Shown piece after piece: positions 9,870 to 18,459 of a stretch of 64,000 bases of DNA. Source of the stretch: an uncultured Enterobacterales bacterium (GTDB lineage: Bacteria; Myxococcota_A; UBA796; CAJQPC01); NCBI GenBank assembly GCA_964519895.1, contig CAZFLE010000009.1, forward strand, positions 31,610 through 95,609, written 5' to 3'. The first letter of the stretch is position 1, and each line of letters begins with the position of its first letter. The translations under genes and the position numbers were made by a program. The notes under the pieces are model-generated. The model was not told the DNA's origin, made no database searches, and saw nothing but the letters and a program-made list of their open reading frames with translations.

Positions 9870-10513
9870 CCCTGCTTGCGGGTGCCGTGCTGCTGGGGCT
9901 CGCCCCGGGTTGCGCCATGCACAACTACACCCACTACCTGATCGAGCCGGCCCCGGCGACGAGCCCGGTGCTCGAAGAAGAGGAGGGCACCCAGCTGCGG
10001 CCCATGGGCTTCGGCTCGACCACGGCGATGCACGTGCGCTGGAACGATGGCGACGTCATCACCGAGGTCCAGATCCCGCTCTTGGCGAGTGGGCAGCGCA
10101 TCGTGATCGAGCATACAGCCGCGGCCACCGACGTGGAGACCATCCCGGCGACCCGACTGGTGCCGCCGCCGCCGAGCCTGGCCGACGACACCTTGGACGA
10201 GGCCTACCGACAGCGGGGCCTGCGGGTGAACCAGGGGGCGCCAGAAGTCAGCCTGTCCGCGGCCCGCACGCGCATGAACCAGGCCCTGGCCGACGGCAAC
10301 TACCAGCTGGCCCTGGAGTGGTGTGAGCTGGTGTTGGCCCGCTACCCCGCCCACCCCGAGACGCTCCGTGCCAAGGGCTCGGTGCTCTTGCTGCTGGGGG
10401 AACGGGAAAAGGCCATCGAGGTCTACGAGGCGGTCGAGGAGATCGAGTCTGATCCCGCAGTGCGCAAGAAGCTCGAGGAGCTCCAGGCGCAGCAGCCCGA
10501 GGTGACGGAGTGA
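9866..10513 (+). CDS. TPR-containing lipoprotein, operon gene 5
   Basis: MTLLAGAVLLGLAPGC lipobox; C-terminal TPR-like pair GNYQLALEWCELVLARYPAHPETLRAKGSVLLLLGEREKAIEVYE. Confidence 0.8.
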   Translation: MTLLAGAVLLGLAPGCAMHNYTHYLIEPAPATSPVLEEEEGTQLRPMGFGSTTAMHVRWNDGDVITEVQIPLLASGQRIVIEHTAAATDVETIPATRLVPPPPSLADDTLDEAYRQRGLRVNQGAPEVSLSAARTRMNQALADGNYQLALEWCELVLARYPAHPETLRAKGSVLLLLGEREKAIEVYEAVEEIESDPAVRKKLEELQAQQPEVTE

Positions 10514-10517
10514 ACCT

Positions 10518-11246
10518 GTGCAGCTAGTCGGTCTCACCCTGTTGGGCTACGTGATCTGGTTTGGCTTCTTCGGCGAACGCGAAGCCGGTGCCATCACGGC
10601 CTTCGACCTCCACGCCCTGGTGATGGTGCTGGGGGGCTCCGCGTCGGCCGTCCTGGTGATGTCCAAGACCCGGGACAGCCTGCGCACCCTGACCTGTCTG
10701 CGCGAGATCCTGCCCGGTCTGGGCACGCTGGACCGCGCGAATCAAGCCCTGGAGGCCGAGCGCGACGAGCTGGTCACCCTGTGGCTCGACGGCCGGCGAG
10801 CCCAGGCGGTCGAGCTCGCCGAGCGCAGCGCGTTCCCCGCTACCCGGGCAATGCTCGGGCTGGTCCTCCGCCGGGCGTCCCCCCAGGCCATCCAGGCCGC
10901 CTTCACCAAGCTGCGCCACGACGAGCTGAGCCGGTGGCAGCCAGCGGTCGGGAACTGGGAGCTGCTGGCCAAGCTCGCGCCGTCCTTTGGCATGGTCGGG
11001 ACCATCACCGGCATGATCCAGCTCTTCCGCAACATGGGCGAGGACACCGCGGCGTTGGGTCCTGCGCTGTCCCTGGCGCTCCTGGCCACCCTCTACGGGG
11101 TCGCCTTCGGCGCGGGCGTCGCCGGTCCGATCGGTCACTACCTCCGAGGCCTGCTCGACGAACGCCTGGGCGCCCTGGAGCGCTGCGAACAGAGCGTCTC
11201 CGAGCTGATCGCAGCCTCCGGCGACGCGCTGGCGGGCGGGATCTAG
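10518..11246 (+). CDS. motA: Flagellar-type stator A subunit (MotA/PomA-like)
   Basis: Four-TM layout with a cytoplasmic domain; LAPSFGMVGTITGMIQLF, LGPALSLALLATLYG and GVAGPIG; R94/E102 have the same 8-residue spacing as E. coli MotA R90/E98. Confidence 0.88.
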   Translation: MQLVGLTLLGYVIWFGFFGEREAGAITAFDLHALVMVLGGSASAVLVMSKTRDSLRTLTCLREILPGLGTLDRANQALEAERDELVTLWLDGRRAQAVELAERSAFPATRAMLGLVLRRASPQAIQAAFTKLRHDELSRWQPAVGNWELLAKLAPSFGMVGTITGMIQLFRNMGEDTAALGPALSLALLATLYGVAFGAGVAGPIGHYLRGLLDERLGALERCEQSVSELIAASGDALAGGI

Positions 11247-11249
11247 CCC

Positions 11250-11879
11250 ATGCAGAGACGCGTCTACACCAACGACGAGGGCTGGCTGCTCAGCTACGCA
11301 GACCTGATCACCAACCTGTTGGTCTTCTTCGCCATCATCGTCTCGGTGTCCGACGTCAGTCGCTCCCAGATGCAGAAGGTGGCGGAGCGGCTGTCTGGGG
11401 TCGAGCAGCCCCAGAGCCTGCGTTCGATCCAGAAGGAGATCGACGCCCGGATCGAGGCCGAGGGCCTCCAGGAACTCATCCGCACGGACCTGACCGACGA
11501 CGGACTCGAGGTCGCCCTGAATTCCGGGGTGGTGTTCGACTCCGGCAGCGCGGTGATCCGGGCCGAGCACAGCCCGCTGCTCACCAGCATGCTCGAGACC
11601 ATGGCGCCGTATAGCGGCCGGTACGACTTCGCCGTCGAGGGCCACACCGACAGCACGCCCATTGTGAACGGCAACGGCCACTACCCCACGAATTGGGAGC
11701 TCTCCACCGGGCGGGCCAACGCGGTGCGCGCCCGCCTGGAGGACGTCGGCGTGGAACAGGAAGGCATCCGGGTCGAGGGCTATGCCGACACGGTCGTGCT
11801 GCCCGAGGACGACCTGGAGGGTCTGACCGAGGAAGAGCGCCTGGCCCGCCACCGGCGTGTCGTCGTGAGGATCTACTGA
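11250..11879 (+). CDS. motB: Stator B subunit MotB with OmpA-like peptidoglycan-binding domain
   Basis: WLLSYADLITNLLVFF with the ion-binding Asp18, then a plug-like helix, VEGHTDSTPI, NWELSTGRANAV, GYADT and RRVVVRIY. Confidence 0.93.
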   Translation: MQRRVYTNDEGWLLSYADLITNLLVFFAIIVSVSDVSRSQMQKVAERLSGVEQPQSLRSIQKEIDARIEAEGLQELIRTDLTDDGLEVALNSGVVFDSGSAVIRAEHSPLLTSMLETMAPYSGRYDFAVEGHTDSTPIVNGNGHYPTNWELSTGRANAVRARLEDVGVEQEGIRVEGYADTVVLPEDDLEGLTEEERLARHRRVVVRIY

Positions 11880-13681
11880 TGTCCGGTCTGTGTCTCCTCG
11901 CGGCCCTGGTGCCCGGCGTCTTTGCCCAGTCGCCCACGGTGCCCACCCGGCAGATCCCGCCGTCGGTGCTGGTCGAGGTCCAGCTGCTCGAGAACCGCTT
12001 CGACCTGGCCCTGGCCCAGGACTGCGACGCGTCGCGCTGCTTCTCCAAGGGCTGCAGCTACCTGGACCACGCCGTCGCCGACCGGCCTCGGCAGACCTCG
12101 TTGCCGGGTCTCGCGCCGGAGTCCGGACCCAGCGCCGAAGGGGCCCAGGAGTACCTGACAAGCGCCCGGTGTGCCTTTGCCCACGAGCAGAGCCTGGCGA
12201 GCCGGGACGTGCAGAACCTGGTGCGCCGGCTCCAGGCCAAGCTGTCGTCGGGCTGGACCGTGGTCACCGTGACCAACGACGTCCTGCAGCCTCTGCCCCA
12301 GTACCTGAGCGAGCCGGCGGTGCCGGAGCCCCAGGAGCCCGAGGAGCAAGAAGAGGAGGTCGCCGCGCCCGAGCCCGAGCCCGAGGAACCGGCGGCCTGG
12401 TCCTGGGCCCAGGCAGGCCAGGAGCTGTGGGCCACGCTCTTGCCCCACTTCTTCTGGATGATCGGCCTGGGGCTCGTGACCCTGGCCTCTGCGATGTTGA
12501 TCTGGTCCTGGCGTCGGGTCGGCCGGGCGTCTCTCGAGGAACAGGCGCTGCTGGCCCAGATCACGGCTGGGCCTGGGGGCGGCGGGCCCGCAGCCACCCC
12601 CACGTCCGTCGAGCCCGACGAGGACGCCGCCTGGGTCGACGCCCAGCACGCCGCCTGGTCGGAGCGCCTGGCCGGCCTCGATCCGGAGCAACCAGACCCC
12701 CAGCTCCAGGCCCTGCTGCGGGAGCTCCTGAGAGCCGGCAGCCTGCCGCTGCTTGCCAAGGCCGTGCTGACCTACCCCGCCTTGCCGGATGCGTTCCCCA
12801 GCGGGGGCGACGTGGCCGGCCAGAAGCTGGCACTGGCGGACTTCCTGACCGGCGTCGACGACGGGGCCCTGCCCTCTGACGCCGCATTCTTCGAAGCCCT
12901 CAACCGGCACGCGCTCTCCGCGACACTGGCCAGCCAGAGCGACACCGGAGTCCTGCGCAGCCTGCGGGAAGACTTCGGCACCGCAGGCCTGGCGACCCTC
13001 ATCAGCGCCCTGCCGCCCCGGGACGGCGCCGTGCTCTTCGCCCTGGCGCCGGGGGCCAGCCAGCGGGAGCTGGTGGGCCTCTTGTCACCGGTCCAGGCCG
13101 CGGAGCGTGCCGGTCAGCTCTTGCTGTCGGAGCGCATGGACCGGCGCCAGACCGCGGCGCTCTTTGGCGTGCTCGAGGCCGCCCGCACCGGCGGCAAGCT
13201 GACCATGCCCCAGGGCGGCGCCCGCATCACGGACCGGGGCACGCCCTTCGACGCAGCGGGTGCGCTCTCCGTGCTCCTGGGCGCCGTCGAGCCCCACCAG
13301 CGGGCCGCCCTCTTCGAGGGGGTCCTGCAGCGCTTCCACGGCACCCTGCCGGCGTGGCACAGGGGCATTCTGGTGCCTGACATGTTGCTGGAGCTCCCGC
13401 AGGAGGCCCGCACGGACCTGTTCCTGGAGGTCGAAGCCGAAGAACTCGCGGCGTGGCTGGCCCTGGTGCCCAGTGAGTCTCGGGCACAGCTGGTGACCGG
13501 CCTGCCGGATGCCCTGCGGGCGACGCTGCAGGCCCTGTCCTCGTGGCCGTCGGCCGCTCGTAGGGACGCCCTGGCAGACCAGGGGCGACGCGCCCTGGCG
13601 CGCGGCTTTCAGCGCCAGCTGGCCCGGGCCAGTCTGCCGTTCGAGCGGGTGGTCACGGCCGGAAGCGGGACAGCGACGTGA
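11879..13681 (+). CDS. Putative single-chain rotor protein: signal peptide, FliF-RBM3-like periplasmic domain, Pro/Glu linker, one TM helix, FliG middle and C-terminal-like domains (600 aa)
   Basis: TGATG coupling to motB. TM LLPHFFWMIGLGLVTLASAMLIWSWRR. The C-terminal segment from DAAGALSVLLG through LFLEVEAEELAAWLALVPSESRAQLVTGLP to QGRRALARGF follows the FliG helix pattern by eye. Confidence 0.7.
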   Translation: MSGLCLLAALVPGVFAQSPTVPTRQIPPSVLVEVQLLENRFDLALAQDCDASRCFSKGCSYLDHAVADRPRQTSLPGLAPESGPSAEGAQEYLTSARCAFAHEQSLASRDVQNLVRRLQAKLSSGWTVVTVTNDVLQPLPQYLSEPAVPEPQEPEEQEEEVAAPEPEPEEPAAWSWAQAGQELWATLLPHFFWMIGLGLVTLASAMLIWSWRRVGRASLEEQALLAQITAGPGGGGPAATPTSVEPDEDAAWVDAQHAAWSERLAGLDPEQPDPQLQALLRELLRAGSLPLLAKAVLTYPALPDAFPSGGDVAGQKLALADFLTGVDDGALPSDAAFFEALNRHALSATLASQSDTGVLRSLREDFGTAGLATLISALPPRDGAVLFALAPGASQRELVGLLSPVQAAERAGQLLLSERMDRRQTAALFGVLEAARTGGKLTMPQGGARITDRGTPFDAAGALSVLLGAVEPHQRAALFEGVLQRFHGTLPAWHRGILVPDMLLELPQEARTDLFLEVEAEELAAWLALVPSESRAQLVTGLPDALRATLQALSSWPSAARRDALADQGRRALARGFQRQLARASLPFERVVTAGSGTAT

Positions 13682-15729
13682 TGCGGGCCGTCGCCGTCGC
13701 CGTCACCCTTCTGGGCGCTGGCCTGGCCGGGTGCTCCAAGGTCCCACTCTCCGACGTCGAAGCGGACTTCACGCTGGCCGACACGGCTTGGTTCCAGGCC
13801 GAGGAGACCCTGTTCGTGTTCTACCGGATCACGGCCGAGCAGGGCCTGGGCGACCCCAGCGTGGTCGAGATCACCTACACCACCGACGACGGGCGGGTCG
13901 ACTGGACGCCGCTGAGCGAGCTCACGCCGGTGCACACCCACGTCGACGTGGACTGCGGCACCCAGGGACTCTGCGGCAGCCACAGCGTGCACGTGCCCCT
14001 GGAGCCCAGGGACGTGGATCTGCGGCTGCGCTACCACCACGATGGTGAGCTCTCCCTGCGGGCTGACACCGTGCTCAACGTCATCTACCCGGGCCCGGCC
14101 CACCTCCAGCGCAGCTTGCTGGTCTACGGGGTCTTCGATGAGACCAACCGACGGGTCCAGTGGCGGGCGCGGCACCTGTTCCCCACGCTGCGGAACCAGG
14201 ACGCCGAAGACCTGGGCCTGCGGCGAGAGTTCTCGGTGGCCGACCAGCGCTACGGCGACCTGGACGAGCCTGTGGATCTGAACAACCCCTATGCCTACGG
14301 GGTGACCTGTCCCGGGGACTTCGTCGACGCGGGGGTGGACCCGGTCCTGACCCTCGATCGGGCGGTCTTCAACGCCCAGGAGCTCCCGACGGACGCGGCC
14401 GATGCCGCCGTGGTGTGTGGCCCCAGCACCGTCACCGATGCCCTCGGCAACTTCACCGCGGATGCCGTGGCCCGCAAGAATCCCGAGGTGCGCCCGGCGT
14501 TTCCCCTGCTCCGGACGCCGGTGCGGGACGCGACGCCCCTGCGATTCTTCCTGGCCCCTTGCGACCGCACCATCGACGACGACCACGAGGAACTCCAGCG
14601 CCAGCGCTTGCTGGTCGGCGACCTGGCTCCGATCTGCACCGACGACTGGGAGACCGCGGGATTTGTCGAGGCACTGGTGACGACCTTCTCCGACGCGGTC
14701 GAGGCCGAGCGGGTGCGGGGCCAGGACATGGTGTTGGTCATCGGGCTGCACCGAGACGACGACGGTCTGGCCGACGCGGTCCAAGAGGCCCTGGCCCTGG
14801 TCGTTCCCGAGGAGCGGCACCAGAGCTCACCGCGGCTCGCAGGAGCGTTCGTGTTCGACAGCGACATCCAGGGCCTGACCTTGCCCGAGCTCGAGCCGGT
14901 GACGCTGTGGTGCCCGGCGACCCAGGGGTCCGGTGCGTCGGCGCGGACCTGTGCCATCCAGCCCGACAACCCCGAGATCGAGCTGGGTCCGCTGACCTTC
15001 AGCACCCTGCCGGTCTTTCCCTCCCGGGCCGTGTACCTGGACTTCATCGACACCTACTCCAAGCGCCAGGCCGGCGACGTGCTGGCCCTGGACTTCCTGA
15101 CGCCGGAATTCGCGACCACAAGCGACCACATCGACCTGGGCGAGTTCGGCACCATCACCTTCCTCGACGACGAGTTCATCACCGCCACCGCCGACGAAGC
15201 GTTCTCCCACTGCGTCCAGGAGGAACCCCCGCCGGTGGTCTTCCGCTCCGAGATCCTGACCAGCGAGCAGTTCGCCAACATCCTGGAGGTCTGGTGCGCC
15301 AACGGGGTGGTGAGCGAAGACTTCTGCTCGCTGGCGACCCTGGGGGTGCTGACCCTGGACCAGCTGCCCGAGTGGCACGAGCTGGTGGGCGAGCCCCTCT
15401 ACGAGCTGGGGCTCTTCTGGGACTTCCCCTTCCTGCTGCGGGTGGAGTACGAGGCCTACACCGCAGGCGCGGTGAGCGCCTTCGAGCTCAGCGTGCCCTT
15501 TGGCGTCGCCGGCGACGGCGAGGCCTACTACGGCACCGCTGCCTGGCTCGCCGACGCGTTCTCTCTGGAGGACGAGCTGCTGCAGTGCACCCGCTTCTGC
15601 GACCACCCGACCTTTGGCTCGGCCAGCGTCTACAACGTCACCGACCCCTTCCGGCTGACGTACCTGAACACCTGCTATGCGCCGGTCTACCCCAGGGTTG
15701 GGGACTCGGGCTTCCCCCTTGATCCCTAG
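13678..15729 (+). CDS. Large acidic, Cys-rich lipoprotein of unknown function, operon gene 9
   Basis: Lipobox LAGC, 14 further Cys, beta-rich; GTGA overlap with the upstream stop. Confidence 0.8.
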   Translation: MMRAVAVAVTLLGAGLAGCSKVPLSDVEADFTLADTAWFQAEETLFVFYRITAEQGLGDPSVVEITYTTDDGRVDWTPLSELTPVHTHVDVDCGTQGLCGSHSVHVPLEPRDVDLRLRYHHDGELSLRADTVLNVIYPGPAHLQRSLLVYGVFDETNRRVQWRARHLFPTLRNQDAEDLGLRREFSVADQRYGDLDEPVDLNNPYAYGVTCPGDFVDAGVDPVLTLDRAVFNAQELPTDAADAAVVCGPSTVTDALGNFTADAVARKNPEVRPAFPLLRTPVRDATPLRFFLAPCDRTIDDDHEELQRQRLLVGDLAPICTDDWETAGFVEALVTTFSDAVEAERVRGQDMVLVIGLHRDDDGLADAVQEALALVVPEERHQSSPRLAGAFVFDSDIQGLTLPELEPVTLWCPATQGSGASARTCAIQPDNPEIELGPLTFSTLPVFPSRAVYLDFIDTYSKRQAGDVLALDFLTPEFATTSDHIDLGEFGTITFLDDEFITATADEAFSHCVQEEPPPVVFRSEILTSEQFANILEVWCANGVVSEDFCSLATLGVLTLDQLPEWHELVGEPLYELGLFWDFPFLLRVEYEAYTAGAVSAFELSVPFGVAGDGEAYYGTAAWLADAFSLEDELLQCTRFCDHPTFGSASVYNVTDPFRLTYLNTCYAPVYPRVGDSGFPLDP

Positions 15730-16552
15730 CCTGCTCCTGGGTCTCTGGGGTGGTCCTGTGCTCGCCGCAGAGGACCCGGATGCGTCCGACGACGGGTCTG
15801 AGTCGTCGTCCGAAGACGACGAGGCCCCCGCCGAGCCTGAGCTCGACGACGAGCTCTCCAGACACCGGGTGGCCTTTCCCGTGCTCGCCGAGCAGGCCAT
15901 CGGGGCAGCGTCGAAGTCGGTGGAGTTCAACTGGCGGCACGCGACGGCGATGGTGGCCGCGACGGGCAGCCACTACTTCGAGCTGAACAACTTCGACAGC
16001 CTGCGGGCTGGCGGCGTGGCCAGGGTGCCCTACGACAAGTTCATCCTGGAGCTCGGCGGAGCCTGGGTCTGGGTCTGGGACACGCCCAGCAGTCGCCAGC
16101 TGGCGCTGACCCCCTACCGCCAGCCTGGCCGCCCGGCGCGGATCGAGCTGGACCTGACGGTGGGCTTCCCCGTCGCCGAAGGCGTGGTGACGACCTTTCC
16201 GCGACTGTTCCCGGCGGTCGAGCTGGTCTTCAGCCCCTACGCCGGGCTGCGCTACGTGCTCTACCCGACGGCCTTCCAGGGCATGAAGGCCCGGGAGATC
16301 GCCGGCGCTGTGGTCAGCCCGACCCTGACCGACGACGAGCTGGAGAACCTGGAGGAGGTCCGGCTGGACGCCATGGAGGTCGATCCCGCGCGGTACGGCA
16401 TCCTGGTCGGCTTCGGCAACGAGATCTACTTCAAGCAGGGGGTGTTCGTGATGCCGCGGGTGATGTTCGCCGTGCCGGTCTTCGCACCGGTCACCGAGAG
16501 CGATCTGCGGTTCTGGGCGGACCTGTCCCTGACGATCGGGGTGGCGTTCTGA
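15719..16552 (+). CDS. Predicted outer-membrane beta-barrel protein, operon gene 10
   Basis: TTG start gives the signal peptide MIPSLLLGLWGGPVLA, then an acidic N-terminal segment, alternating amphipathic strands and C-terminal DLSLTIGVAF (terminal Phe OMP signature). Confidence 0.75.
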   Translation: MIPSLLLGLWGGPVLAAEDPDASDDGSESSSEDDEAPAEPELDDELSRHRVAFPVLAEQAIGAASKSVEFNWRHATAMVAATGSHYFELNNFDSLRAGGVARVPYDKFILELGGAWVWVWDTPSSRQLALTPYRQPGRPARIELDLTVGFPVAEGVVTTFPRLFPAVELVFSPYAGLRYVLYPTAFQGMKAREIAGAVVSPTLTDDELENLEEVRLDAMEVDPARYGILVGFGNEIYFKQGVFVMPRVMFAVPVFAPVTESDLRFWADLSLTIGVAF

Positions 16553-18459
16553 TGCTCTGGGTGGTCCTGCTCGCGCTCGCAGCCGGGGAGCCAGCGCCGG
16601 GGCCGAGCACCCACACGCTGCTGTACTACAACGCCCGCATGGCCCTGCGGGAGGGCAACCCCAGCGAGGCGGTCCGGCTGTGGTTCACGCGCAACACGCT
16701 GCGGGACCGCACCGGGCGCGTCTCGGCCCATGACGCCGACTTTCACTCCGTGACCTGGACAGCCCTTGGAGACCTGGGCGTGTGCCAGGACGGCCACCCC
16801 CGGGACAAGGACGGTGCCGGCCTGTGGCCCCTCGCGCTCCACAACCAGATCGTCCGCAACATGGGGCGGCGCCGACGGGCTCCAGCGGCACAACCCTTCT
16901 CGGCCTTCGAGGTGGACCGCCAGCACCGCCTGGTCTCGATCAACGAGGTGCTCAGCTACGACGAGCTGCGCACGGTGCGGCTGTTCCGCGGCCCCTGTCT
17001 GGAGCCGCGCTTCGCGCTGGCCCGCGCCGGAGAGCTGCCGACGGCGGACCTGTCAGACCGCCAGGTCGTCGCTCGCTTGTTGCGGCACCTGCTCGACGAG
17101 GCCCGAGGCAGCCTGGCCCAGCCGCGGGTGCGAGGACGGGCCGCCATCGACGCGCGGCTCTTCGACCTGGACTTGCAGCTCACCGCTCTGGCCGCACGGG
17201 AGGCCCGCAAGCAGGCTCTGGACCAGGCGGGGCAGGGCCGGCAGCTCGGGCTGTCCCGCGCGTCGGTGACCGTCATGCGTGAAGAGGCGCCGGGCACCAC
17301 GCTGGACCCCGACTCAGAAGCGGCCCGCATCCTGCGGGAGGCGGTGGCCTGGCCGGTCTGGGAGTGGATGGCCCTGTCGTCGGAGCGTCGTCTCTTCCTG
17401 TTCGACCACGTGCGGGCCAACGGCGCCGACCCGGCTGCGCTCGATGCGCTGGCCCTGGGCATCCTGGACCGACTGATCCATCAGGGCCTGGGAACGGAGG
17501 TGGGCCCATGGATCGCTCGGGTGGGGAACCCGGACGACCCGGGGGCGCGGGCCCAGGTCTGGCGCGGCCCGCGGGGCCAGGCGCTGATGGCCTTGGGGGC
17601 CGAGAGCGGCTTCGAGGAAGGCGCGGTCATCGCCCTGGCCAGAGGCGTGCATCACCTGGAGCGGGGGGAGCTGCCCGAAGCCCTCCGGTCGTTGGCGTTC
17701 GCGGTCCAGGGTGCCGGCACATCCCAGGTGGCCAACACCGTCGAGGGCCTGAGCCTGCGTTGGCTGTCCTTTGTCGCAGGTCGATTCGAGATCACCGACG
17801 ATCTGCTGTTGACCCTGCAGCAGCTCGTGCCGGTGAGGGACTACGCCGTCATCCTGGAAGACCTGATGTGGCGGGCGGCGCTGCGGGCCGACCAGGCATC
17901 CTTCGAGCGCGGCCTGGCCAACCAGCGTGGCCGCGGCGCCCTGGCCCGGCGCCTGGCGTGGCTACGGCCCCTGGCCGCGGGCGATCTTGGGCGGTTCTCC
18001 CAGGACATCGCCGACGGGCTCGACGAAGCCCCCAGCGAGACCCTGCGCTTCCTCGATCAGCTCGTCCAACGGCTGGAGCTGGAGCCGGGCGCTGTGCGAG
18101 CGGCCCATGCTGGGACCCTGGATCGGCTGGACACGTTGCTGCTGCCCCTGGCGGTGGCCCTGGAGGGTGGGCGCTTGGCCCGCGCCGCCACCGCCCTGCT
18201 GGAGCGTTCTCAGGCTCTGAGAGAAGGCCTGGGCGGTCTGACAGACGACGCGACAGCCCGAGAGCGGGCCCGGGCGCTGGACCCTTCCCGCGAGGTCTTC
18301 GTGGGCAGCGTGCGGCTGGCCCCGGCCGACCCTCTGCCATGGCCCTTCCGCCGGCTCGACGTGCCGGCGCCCTCGGTGTTCACGCCGCTCCAGCTGACAC
18401 CGGTGGAGTGGCGGGACGACGGCGGTGAGCTGGTCTTCGGGTGGAGCATCGGCGGGTGA
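16552..18459 (+). CDS. Secreted all-alpha (TPR-like) protein, operon gene 11
   Basis: Signal-like MLWVVLLALAAG, helical repeats such as YNARMALREGNPSEAVRLW and LARGVHHLERGELPEALRSL; TGATG coupling. Confidence 0.75.
   Translation: MLWVVLLALAAGEPAPGPSTHTLLYYNARMALREGNPSEAVRLWFTRNTLRDRTGRVSAHDADFHSVTWTALGDLGVCQDGHPRDKDGAGLWPLALHNQIVRNMGRRRRAPAAQPFSAFEVDRQHRLVSINEVLSYDELRTVRLFRGPCLEPRFALARAGELPTADLSDRQVVARLLRHLLDEARGSLAQPRVRGRAAIDARLFDLDLQLTALAAREARKQALDQAGQGRQLGLSRASVTVMREEAPGTTLDPDSEAARILREAVAWPVWEWMALSSERRLFLFDHVRANGADPAALDALALGILDRLIHQGLGTEVGPWIARVGNPDDPGARAQVWRGPRGQALMALGAESGFEEGAVIALARGVHHLERGELPEALRSLAFAVQGAGTSQVANTVEGLSLRWLSFVAGRFEITDDLLLTLQQLVPVRDYAVILEDLMWRAALRADQASFERGLANQRGRGALARRLAWLRPLAAGDLGRFSQDIADGLDEAPSETLRFLDQLVQRLELEPGAVRAAHAGTLDRLDTLLLPLAVALEGGRLARAATALLERSQALREGLGGLTDDATARERARALDPSREVFVGSVRLAPADPLPWPFRRLDVPAPSVFTPLQLTPVEWRDDGGELVFGWSIGG

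Noticed and set aside
10518-11879. Zorya (ZorAB) or Agl/TolQR/ExbBD interpretation of the motA/motB pair
   Set aside because: The A subunit is 242 aa with no long ZorA tail and there are no zorC/D/E-like genes. The B subunit has an OmpA-type domain that TolR/ExbD/AglQS lack.
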